A DNA stretch of 64,000 nucleotides from Paragordius varius (Eukaryota > Animalia > Nematomorpha): assembly GCA_964247055.1 (NCBI GenBank), contig OZ176053.1, positions 13,950,001 through 14,014,000 of the forward strand, in the 5' to 3' direction. Both the position numbers and the translations under genes were made by a program. Under the pieces are notes generated by a model. It was not told the origin of the DNA and did not search any database. It was given only the letters and a program-made list of their open reading frames with translations. Position 1 is the stretch's first letter, and each line of letters opens with the position of its first letter. Of the stretch, positions 1-11,800 are shown piece after piece.

Positions 1-172
1 ATTATGGTGACATCACCTGATCAAATTTGGATTTTAGGTAGCCATTTTTATTTTTAAAATCGTATAAAATAAATTTTTTAAATATTTAAAAAATTCATAA
101 AAATTACATTTATACTCCGATCTCGAAAATATTTGGGGTGATGATGGAACTACCATAGGGCTACCCAAAAAA
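1..172 (+). repeat. Reference (consensus-type) monomer, 172 bp
   Basis: The next ATTATGGTGAC begins at 173. The unit has 45 G+C in 172 bp (~26%). It is bipartite: positions 44-114 have only 4 G/C in 71 bp, and the rest is ~41% GC. Length is 172 or 173 bp depending on a 7 or 8 A run at the junction. Confidence 0.97.
72..95. repeat. Perfect 24-bp palindrome AATTTTTTAAATATTTAAAAAATT (present in most monomers)
   Basis: The sequence at 72-95 equals its own reverse complement and is centred between 83 and 84. It sits at the same monomer position throughout the array. Confidence 0.97.
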
Positions 173-3100
173 ATTATGGTGACATCACCTGATCAAATTT
201 GGATTTTAGGTAGCCATTTTTATTTTTAAAATTGTATAAAATAAATTTTTTAAATATTTAAAAAATTCATAAAAATTACATTTATACTCTGATCTTGAAA
301 ATATTTGGGGTGATGATGGAACTACCATAGGGCTACCCAAAAAAATCATAGTGACATCACCTGATCAAATTTGGATTTTAGGTAGCCATTTTTATTTTTA
401 AAATCGTATAAAATAAATTTTTTAAATATTTAAAAAATTCATAAAAATTATATTTATACTCCGATCTCGAAAATATTTGGGGTGATGATGGAACTACCAT
501 AGGGCTACCCAAAAAAAATTATGGCGACATCACCTGATTAAATTTGGATTTTAGGTAGCCATTTTTATTTTTAAAATCGTATAAAATAAATTTTTTAAAT
601 ATTTAAAAAATTCATAAAAATTACATTTATAGTCCGATCCCCAAAATATTTGGGGTGATGATGGAATTACCATAGGGCTACCCAAAAAAATTTATGGTGA
701 CATCACCTGATCAAATTTGGATTTTAGGTAGCCATTTTTATTTTTAATATCGTATAAAATAAATTTTTTAAATATTTAAAAAATTCATAAAAATTACATT
801 TATACTCCGATCTCGAAAATATTTGGGGTAATGATGGAACTACCATAGGGCTACCCGAAAAAAATTATGGTGACATCACCTGATCAAATTTGGATTTTAG
901 GTAGCCATTTTTATATTTTTAAAATCGTATAAAATAAATTTTTTAAATATTTAAAAAATTCATAAAAATTACATTTATACTCCGATCTCGAAAATATTTG
1001 GGGTAATGATGGAACTACCATAGGGCTACCCAAAAAAAATTATGGCGACATCACCTGATGAAATTTAAATTTTAGGTAGCCATTTTTATTTTTAAAATCG
1101 TATAAAATAAATTTTTTAAATATTTAAAAAATTCATAAAAATTACATTTAAAGTCCGATCTCAAAAATATTTGGGGTTATGATGGAACTACCATAGGGCT
1201 ACCCAAAAAAAATTATGGTGACATCACCTGATCAAATTTGGATTTTAGGTAGCCATTTTTATTTTTAAAATCGTATAAAATAAATTTTTTAAATATTTAA
1301 AAAATTCATAAAAATTACATTTATACTCCGATCTCGAAAATATTTGGGGTGATGATGGAACTACCATAGGGCTACCCAAAAAAATTATGGCGACATCACC
1401 TGATGAAATTTAAATTTTAGGTAGCCATTTTTATTTTTAAAATCGTATAAAATAAATTTTTTAAATATTTAAAAACTTCATAAAAATTACATTTATAGTC
1501 CGATCCCCAAAATATTTGGGGTGATGATGGAACTACCATAGGGCTACCCAAAAAAAATTATGGCGACATCACCTGATTAAATTTGGATTTTAGGTAGCCA
1601 TTTTTATTTTTAAAATCGTATAAAATAAATTTTTTAAATATTTAAAAAATTCATAAAAATTACATTTATAGTCCGATCCCCAAAATATTTGGGGTGATGA
1701 TGGAATTACCATAGGGCTACCCAAAAAAATTTATGGTGACATCACCTGATCAAATTTGGATTTTAGGTAGCCATTTTTATTTTTAATATCGTATAAAATA
1801 AATTTTTTAAATATTTAAAAAATTCATAAAAATTACATTTATACTCCGATCTCGAAAATATTTGGGGTAATGATGGAACTACCATAGGGCTACCCAAAAA
1901 AAATTATGGCGACATCACCTGATGAAATTTAAATTTTAGGTAGCCATTTTTATTTTTAAAATCGTATAAAATAAATTTTTTAAATATTTAAAAAATTCAT
2001 AAAAATTACATTTAAAGTCCGATCTCAAAAATATTTGGGGTTATGATGGAACTACCATAGGGCTACCCAAAAAAAATTATGGTGACATCACCTGATCAAA
2101 TTTGGATTTTAGGTAGCCATTTTTATTTTTAAAATCGTATAAAATAAATTTTTTAAATATTTAAAAAATTCATAAAAATTACATTTATACTCCGATCTCG
2201 AAAATATTTGGGGTGATGATGGAACTACCATAGGGCTACCCAAAAAAATTATGGCGACATCACCTGATGAAATTTAAATTTTAGGTAGCCATTTTTATTT
2301 TTAAAATCGTATAAAATAAATTTTTTAAATATTTAAAAACTTCATAAAAATTACATTTATAGTCCGATCCCCAAAATATTTGGGGTGATGATGGAACTAC
2401 CATAGGGCTACCCAAAAAAAATTATGGCGATATCACCTGATCAAATTTGGATTTTAGGTAGCCATTTTTATTTTTAAAATCGTATAAAATAAATTTTTTA
2501 AATATTTAAAAAATTCATAAAAATTACATTTATATTCCGATCTCGACAATATTTGGGGTGATGATGGAACTACCATAGGGCTACCCAAAAAAAATTATGG
2601 CGACATTACCTGATGAAATTTAAATTTTAGGTAGCCATTTTTATTTTTAAAATCGTATAAAATAAATTTTTTAAATATTTAAAAAATTCATAAAAATTAC
2701 ATTTATACTCCGATCTCGAAAATATTTGGGGTGATGATGGAACTACCATAGGGCTACCCAAAAAAAATTATGGTGACATCACCTGATAAATTTGGATTTT
2801 AGGTAGCCATTTTTATTTTTAAAATCGTATAAAATAAATTTTTTAAATATTTAAAAACTTCATAAAAATTACATTTATAGTCCGATCCCCAAAATATTTG
2901 GGGTGATGATGGAACTACCATAGGGCTACCCAAAAAAAATTATGGCGATATCACCTGATCAAATTTGGATTTTAGGTAGCCATTTTTATTTTTAAAATCG
3001 TATAAAATAAATTTTTTAAATATTTAAAAAATTCATAAAAATTACATTTATATTCCGATCTCGACAATATTTGGGGTGATGATGGAACTACCATAGGGCT

Positions 3101-5359
3101 ACCCAAAAAAAATTATGGCGACATTACCTGATGAAATTTAAATTTTAGGTAGCCATTTTTATTTTTAAAATCGTATAAAATAAATTTTTTAAATATTTAA
3201 AAAATTCATAAAAATTACATTTATATTCCGATCTCGACAATATTTGGGGTGATGATGGAACTACCATAGGGCTACCCAAAAAAAATTATGGCGACATTAC
3301 CTGATGAAATTTAAATTTTAGGTAGCCATTTTTATTTTTAAAATCGTATAAAATAAATTTTTTAAATATTTAAAAAATTCATAAAAATTACATTTATACT
3401 CCGATCTCGAAAATATTTGGGGTGATGATGGAACTACCATAGGGCTACCCAAAAAAATTATGGCGACATCACCTGATGAAATTTAAATTTTAGGTAGCCA
3501 TTTTTATTTTTAAAATCGTATAAAATAAATTTTTTAAATATTTAAAAACTTCATAAAAATTACATTTATAGTCCGATCCCCAAAATATTTGGGGTGATGA
3601 TGGAACTACCATAGGGCTACCCAAAAAAAATTATGGCGACATCACCTGATTAAATTTGGATTTTAGGTAGCCATTTTTATTTTTAAAATCGTATAAAATA
3701 AATTTTTTAAATATTTAAAAAATTCATAAAAATTACATTTATAGTCCGATCCCCAAAATATTTGGGGTGATGATGGAATTACCATAGGGCTACCCAAAAA
3801 AATTTATGGTGACATCACCTGATCAAATTTGGATTTTAGGTAGCCATTTTTATTTTTAATATCGTATAAAATAAATTTTTTAAATATTTAAAAAATTCAT
3901 AAAAATTACATTTATACTCCGATCTCGAAAATATTTGGGGTAATGATGGAACTACCATAGGGCTACCCAAAAAAAATTATGGTGACATCACCTGATCAAA
4001 TTTGGATTTTAGGTAGCCATTTTTATATTTTTAAAATCGTATAAAATAAATTTTTTAAATATTTAAAAAATTCATAAAAATTACATTTATACTCCGATCT
4101 CGAAAATATTTGGGGTAATGATGGAACTACCATAGGGCTACCCAAAAAAAATTATGGCGACATCACCTGATGAAATTTAAATTTTAGGTAGCCATTTTTA
4201 TTTTTAAAATCGTATAAAATAAATTTTTTAAATATTTAAAAAATTCATAAAAATTACATTTAAAGTCCGATCTCAAAAATATTTGGGGTTATGATGGAAC
4301 TACCATAGGGCTACCCAAAAAAAATTATGGTGACATCACCTGATCAAATTTGGATTTTAGGTAGCCATTTTTATTTTTAAAATCGTATAAAATAAATTTT
4401 TTAAATATTTAAAAAATTCATAAAAATTACATTTATACTCCGATCTCGAAAATATTTGGGGTGATGATGGAACTACCATAGGGCTACCCAAAAAAATTAT
4501 GGCGACATCACCTGATGAAATTTAAATTTTAGGTAGCCATTTTTATTTTTAAAATCGTATAAAATAAATTTTTTAAATATTTAAAAACTTCATAAAAATT
4601 ACATTTATAGTCCGATCCCCAAAATATTTGGGGTGATGATGGAACTACCATAGGGCTACCCAAAAAAAATTATGGCGATATCACCTGATCAAATTTGGAT
4701 TTTAGGTAGCCATTTTTATTTTTAAAATCGTATAAAATAAATTTTTTAAATATTTAAAAAATTCATAAAAATTACATTTATATTCCGATCTCGACAATAT
4801 TTGGGGTGATGATGGAACTACCATAGGGCTACCCAAAAAAAATTATGGCGACATTACCTGATGAAATTTAAATTTTAGGTAGCCATTTTTATTTTTAAAA
4901 TCGTATAAAATAAATTTTTTAAATATTTAAAAAATTCATAAAAATTACATTTATACTCCGATCTCGAAAATATTTGGGGTGATGATGGAACTACCATAGG
5001 GCTACCCAAAAAAAATTATGGTGACATCACCTGATAAATTTGGATTTTAGGTAGCCATTTTTATTTTTAAAATCGTATAAAATAAATTTTTTAAATATTT
5101 AAAAACTTCATAAAAATTACATTTATAGTCCGATCCCCAAAATATTTGGGGTGATGATGGAACTACCATAGGGCTACCCAAAAAAAATTATGGCGACATC
5201 ACCTGATCAAATTTGGATTATAGGTAGCCATTTTTATTTTTAAAATCGTATAAAATAAATTTTTTAAATATTTAAAAAATTCATAAAAATTACTTTTATA
5301 CTCCGATCTCGAAAATATTTGGGATGATGATGGAACTACCATAGGGCTACCCAAAAAAA

Positions 5360-6391
5360 ATTATGGTGACATCACCTGATCAAATTTGGATTTTAGGTAG
5401 CCATTTTTATTTTTAAAATCGTATAAAATAAATTTTTTAAATATTTAAAAAATTCATAAAAATTACACTTATACTCCGATCTCTACAATATTTGGGGTGA
5501 TGATGGAACTACCATAGGGCTACCCAAAAAAAATTATGGTGACATCACCTGATCAAATTTAGATTTTAGGTAGCCATTTTTATTTTTAAAATCGTATAAA
5601 ATAAATTTTTTAAATATTTAAAAAATTCAAAAAAATTACATTTATACTCCGATCTCGACAATATTTGGGGTGATGATGGAATTACCATAGGGCTACCCAA
5701 AAAAAATTATGGTGACATCACCTGATCAAATTTGGATTTTAGGTAGCCATTTTTATTTCTAAAATCGAAAATAAATTTTTTAAATATTTAAAAAATTCAT
5801 AAAAATTACATTTATACTCCGATCTCGAAAATATTTTAGGTGATGATGGAACTACCATAGGGCTACCCAAAAAAAATTATGGCGACATCACCTGATGAAA
5901 TTTAAATTTTAGGTAGCCATTTTTATTTTTAAAATCGTATAAAATAAATTTTTTAAATATTTAAAAAATTCATAAAAATTACATTTATACTCCGATCTCT
6001 ACAATATTTGGGGTGATGATGGAACTACCATAGGGCTACCCAAAAAAAATTATGGTGACATCACCTGATCAATTTTAGATTTTAGGTAGCCATTTTTATT
6101 TTTAAAATCGTATAAAATAAATTTTTTAAATATTTAAAAAATTCAAAAAAATTACATTTATACTCCGATCTCGACAATATTTGGGGTGATGATGGAATTA
6201 CCATAGGGCTACCCAAAAAAAATTATGGTGACATCACCTGATCAAATTTGGATTTTAGGTAGCCATTTTTATTTCTAAAATCGAAAATAAATTTTTTAAA
6301 TATTTAAAAAATTCATAAAAATTACATTTATACTCCGATCTCGAAAATATTTTAGGTGATGATGGAACTACCATAGGGCTACCCAAAAAAA
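5360..6391 (+). repeat. 3-monomer HOR, 2 imperfect copies (516-bp period)
   Basis: The order CTCTACAA monomer / TTAGATT+GGAATTACC monomer / 170-bp TTTCTAAAATCGAAAATA monomer starts at 5360 and again at 5876. Confidence 0.85.
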
Positions 6392-8810
6392 ATTATGGCG
6401 ACATCACCTGATGAAATTTAAATTTTAGGTAGCCATTTTTATTTTTAAAATCGTATAAAATAAATTTTTAAAATATTTAAAAAATTCATAAAAATTACAT
6501 TTAAAGTCCGATCTCAAAAATATTTGGGGTTATGATGGAACTACCATAGGGCTACCCAAAAAAAATTATGGTGACATCACCTGATCAAATTTGGATTTTA
6601 GGTAGCCATTTTTATTTTTAAAATCGTATAAAATAAATTTTTTAAATATTTAAAAAATTCATAAAAATTACATTTATACTCCGATCTCGAAAATATTTGG
6701 GGTGATGATGGAACTACCATAGGGCTACCCAAAAAAAATTATGGTGACATCACCTGATCAAATTTGGATTTTAGGTAGCCATTTTTATTTTTAAAATCGT
6801 ATAAAATAAATTTTTTAAATATTTAAAAAATTCATAAAAATTACATTTATAGTCCGATCCCCAAAATATTTGGGGTGATGATGGAACTACCATAGGGCTA
6901 CCCAAAAAAAATTATGGTGACATCACCTGATCAAATTTGGATTTTAGGTAGCCATTTTTATTTTTAAAATCATATAAAATAAATTTTTTAAATATTTAAA
7001 AAATTCATAAAAATTACATTTATACTCCGATCTCGAAAATATTTGGGATGATGATGGAACTACCATCGGGCTACCCAAAAAAAATTATGGTGACATCACC
7101 TGATCAAATTTGGATTTTAGGTAGCTATTTTTATTTTTAAAATCGTATAAAATAAATTTTTTAAATATTTAAAAATTTCATAAAAATTACATTTATACTC
7201 CGATCTCGACAATATTTGGGGTGATGATGGAACTACCATAGGGCTACCCAAAAAAAATTATGGTGACATCACCTGATCAAATTTGGATTTTAGGTAGCCA
7301 TTTTTATTTTTAAAATCGTATAAAATAAATTTTTTAAATATTAAAAAAATTCATAAAAATTACATTTATACTCCGATCTCGAAAATATCTTAGGTGATGA
7401 TGGAACTACCATAGGGCTACCCAAAAAAAATTATGGCGACATCACCTGATGAAATTTAAATTTTAGGTAGCCATTTTTATTTTTAAAATCGTATAAAATA
7501 AATTTTTTAAATATTTAAAAACTTCATAAAAATTACATTTATAGTCCGATCCCCAAAATATTTGGTGATGATGGAACTACCATAGGGCTACCCAAAAAAA
7601 ATTATGGCGATATCACCTGATCAAATTTGGATTTTAGGTAGCCATTTTTATTTTTAAAATCGTATAAAATAAATTTTTTAAATATTTAAAAAATTCAAAA
7701 AAATTACATTTATACTCCGATCTCGACAATATTTGGGGTGATGATGGAACTACCATAGGGCTACCCAAAAAAAATTATGGTGACATCACCTGATCAAATT
7801 CGGATTTTAGGTAGCCATTTTTATTTTTAAAATCGTATAAAATAAATTTTTTAAATATTTAAAAAATTCATAAAAATTACATTTATACTCCGATCTCGAA
7901 AATATTTGGGGTGATGATGGAACTACCATAGGGCTACCCAAAAAAAATTATGGTGACATCACCTGATCAAATTTGGATTTTAGGTAGCCATTTTTATTTT
8001 TAAAATCGTATAAAATAAATTTTTTAAATATTTAAAAAATTCATAAAAATTATATTTATACTCCGATCTCGAAAATATTTGGGGTGATGATGGAACTACC
8101 ATAGGGCTACCCAAAAAAAATTATGGTGACATAACCTGATCAAATTTGGATTTTAGGTAGCCATTTTTATTTTTAAAATCGTATAAAATAAATTTTTTAA
8201 ATATTTAAAAAATTCATAAAAATTACATTTATACTCCGATCTCGAAAATATTTGGGGTAATGATGGAACTACCATAGGGCTACCCAAAAAAAATTATGGC
8301 GACATCACCTGATGAAATTTAAATTTTAGGTAGCCATTTTTATTTTTAAAATCGTATAAAATAAATTTTTTAAATATTTAAAAAATTCATAAAAATTACA
8401 TTTAAAGTCCGATCTCAAAAATATTTGGGGTTATGATGGAACAACCATAGGGCTACCCAAAAAAAATTATGGTGACATCACCTGATCAAATTTGGATTTT
8501 AGGTAGCCATTTTTATTTTTAAAATCGTATAAAATAAATTTTTAAATATTTAAAAAATTCATAAAAATTACATTTATACTCCGATCTCGAAAATATTTTA
8601 GGTGATGATGGAACTACCATAGGGCTACCCAAAAAAAAATATGGCGACATCACCTGATGAAATTTAAATTTTAGGTAGCCATTTTTATTTTTAAAATCGT
8701 ATAAAATAAATTTTTTAAATATTTAAAAAATTCATAAAAATTACATTTAAAGTCCGATCTCAAAAATATTTGGGGTTATGATGGAACTACCATAGGGCTA
8801 CCCAAAAAAA

Positions 8811-11800
8811 ATTATGGTGACATCACCTGATCAAATTTGGATTTTAGGTAGCCATTTTTATTTTTAAAATCGTATAAAATAAATTTTTTAAATATTTAAA
8901 AAATTCATAAAAATTACATTTATACTCCGATCTCGAAAATATTTGAGGTGATGATGGAACTACCATAGGGCTACCCAAAAAAATTATGGCGACATCACCT
9001 GATGAAATTTAAATTTTAGGTAGCCATTTTTATTTTTAAAATCGTATAAAATAAATTTTTTAAATATTTAAAAACTTCATAAAAATTACATTTATAGTCC
9101 GATCCCCAAAATATTTGGGGTGATGATGGAACTACCATAGGGCTACCCAAAAAAAATTATGGCGATATCACCTGATCAAATTTGGATTTTAGGTAGCCAT
9201 TTTTATTTTTAAAATCGTATAAAATAAATTTTTTAAATATTTAAAAAATTCATAAAAATTACATTTATACTCCGATCTCGACAATATTTGGGGTGATGAT
9301 GGAACTACCATAGGGCTACCCAAAAAAAATTATGGCGACATCACCTGATGAAATTTAAATTTTAGGTAGCCATTTTTATTTTTAAAATCGTATAAAATAA
9401 ATTTTTTAAATATTTAAAAAATTCATAAAAATTACATTTATACTCCGATCTCGAAAATATTTGGGGTGATGATGGAACTACCATAGGGCTACCCAAAAAA
9501 AATTATGGTGACATCACCTGATAAATTTGGATTTTAGGTAGCCATTTTTATTTTTAAAATCGTATAAAATAAATTTTTTAAATATTTAAAAACTTCATAA
9601 AAATTACATTTATAGTCCGATCCCCAAAATATTTGGGGTGATGATGGAACTACCATAGGGCTACCCAAAAAAAATTATGGCGACATCACCTGATCAAATT
9701 TGGATTATAGGTAGCCATTTTTATTTTTAAAATCGTATAAAATAAATTTTTTAAATATTTAAAAAATTCATAAAAATTACTTTTATACTCCGATCTCGAA
9801 AATATTTGGGATGATGATGGAACTACCATAGGGCTACCCAAAAAAAATTATGGTGACATCACCTGATCAAATTTGGATTTTAGGTAGCCATTTTTATTTT
9901 TAAAATCGTATAAAATAAATTTTTTAAATATTTAAAAAATTCATAAAAATTACACTTATACTCCGATCTCTACAATATTTGGGGTGATGATGGAACTACC
10001 ATAGGGCTACCCAAAAAAAATTATGGTGACATCACCTGATCAAATTTAGATTTTAGGTAGCCATTTTTATTTTTAAAATCGTATAAAATAAATTTTTTAA
10101 ATATTTAAAAAATTCAAAAAAATTACATTTATACTCCGATCTCGACAATATTTGGGGTGATGATGGAATTACCATAGGGCTACCCAAAAAAAATTATGGT
10201 GACATCACCTGATCAAATTTGGATTTTAGGTAGCCATTTTTATTTCTAAAATCAAAAATAAATTTTTTAAATATTTAAAAAATTCATAAAAATTACATTT
10301 ATACTCCGATCTCGAAAATATTTTAGGTGATGATGGAACTACCATAGGGCTACCCAAAAAAAATTATGGCGACATCACCTGATGAAATTTAAATTTTAGG
10401 TAGCCATTTTTATTTTTAAAATCGTATAAAATAAATTTTTAAAATATTTAAAAAATTCATAAAAATTACATTTAAAGTCCGATCTCAAAAATATTTGGGG
10501 TTATGATGGAACTACCATAGGGCTACCCAAAAAAAATTATGGTGACATCACCTGATCAAATTTGGATTTTAGGTAGCCATTTTTATTTTTAAAATCGTAT
10601 AAAATAAATTTTTTAAATATTTAAAAAATTCATAAAAATTACATTTATACTCCGATCTCGAAAATATTTGAGGTGATGATGGAACTACCATAGGGCTACC
10701 CAAAAAAATTATGGCGACATCACCTGATGAAATTTAAATTTTAGGTAGCCATTTTTATTTTTAAAATCGTATAAAATAAATTTTTTAAATATTTAAAAAC
10801 TTCATAAAAATTACATTTATAGTCCGATCCCCAAAATATTTGGGGTGATGATGGAACTACCATAGGGCTACCCAAAAAAAATTATGGCGATATCACCTGA
10901 TCAAATTTGGATTTTAGGTAGCCATTTTTATTTTTAAAATCGTATAAAATAAATTTTTTAAATATTTAAAAAATTCATAAAAATTACATTTATACTCCGA
11001 TCTCGACAATATTTGGGGTGATGATGGAACTACCATAGGGCTACCCAAAAAAAATTATGGCGACATCACCTGATGAAATTTAAATTTTAGGTAGCCATTT
11101 TTATTTTTAAAATCGTATAAAATAAATTTTTTAAATATTTAAAAAATTCATAAAAATTACATTTATACTCCGATCTCGAAAATATTTGGGGTGATGATGG
11201 AACTACCATAGGGCTACCCAAAAAAAATTATGGTGACATCACCTGATAAATTTGGATTTTAGGTAGCCATTTTTATTTTTAAAATCGTATAAAATAAATT
11301 TTTTAAATATTTAAAAACTTCATAAAAATTACATTTATAGTCCGATCCCCAAAATATTTGGGGTGATGATGGAACTACCATAGGGCTACCCAAAAAAAAT
11401 TATGGCGACATCACCTGATCAAATTTGGATTATAGGTAGCCATTTTTATTTTTAAAATCGTATAAAATAAATTTTTTAAATATTTAAAAAATTCATAAAA
11501 ATTACTTTTATACTCCGATCTCGAAAATATTTGGGATGATGATGGAACTACCATAGGGCTACCCAAAAAAAATTATGGTGACATCACCTGATCAAATTTG
11601 GATTTTAGGTAGCCATTTTTATTTTTAAAATCGTATAAAATAAATTTTTTAAATATTTAAAAAATTCATAAAAATTACACTTATACTCCGATCTCTACAA
11701 TATTTGGGGTGATGATGGAACTACCATAGGGCTACCCAAAAAAAATTATGGTGACATCACCTGATCAAATTTAGATTTTAGGTAGCCATTTTTATTTTTA

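Noticed and set aside
34-38. Arthropod telomere motif TTAGG
   Set aside because: It occurs singly per monomer and never in tandem.
4-57. Short ORF ATG GTG ACA TCA ... TTT TAA (MVTSPDQIWILGSHFYF, 17 aa) in each monomer
   Set aside because: It is too short and expected by chance. The start region is altered in many domain B monomers. The frames I read on both strands hit stops quickly, and a 172/173-bp period does not preserve frame.
62-70. TATA-box-like TATAAAA
   Set aside because: It is expected by chance in a ~94% AT segment, and there is no downstream gene or other evidence of a promoter.
112-130. CENP-B box-like motif on the minus strand (TTTCGAGATCGGAG)
   Set aside because: The canonical box is TTCG-N4-A-N2-CGGG with 7 nt between the CpGs. 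Here there are only 4 nt, and CGGG is absent.
1-172. Primate alpha satellite (171 bp) or Arabidopsis CEN178 identity
   Set aside because: Only the length is similar. I recognise no sequence similarity, and the GC content (~26%) is much lower than in those repeats.
1-172. Tandem 5S rRNA, tRNA or snRNA gene unit
   Set aside because: There are no recognisable Pol III box A/B/C elements, no cloverleaf and no known RNA sequence; the composition is too AT-rich.
135-179. G-quadruplex from GGGG/GG/GGG/GG runs
   Set aside because: At most two tetrads with long loops are possible, and competing C-rich complementary segments are adjacent.
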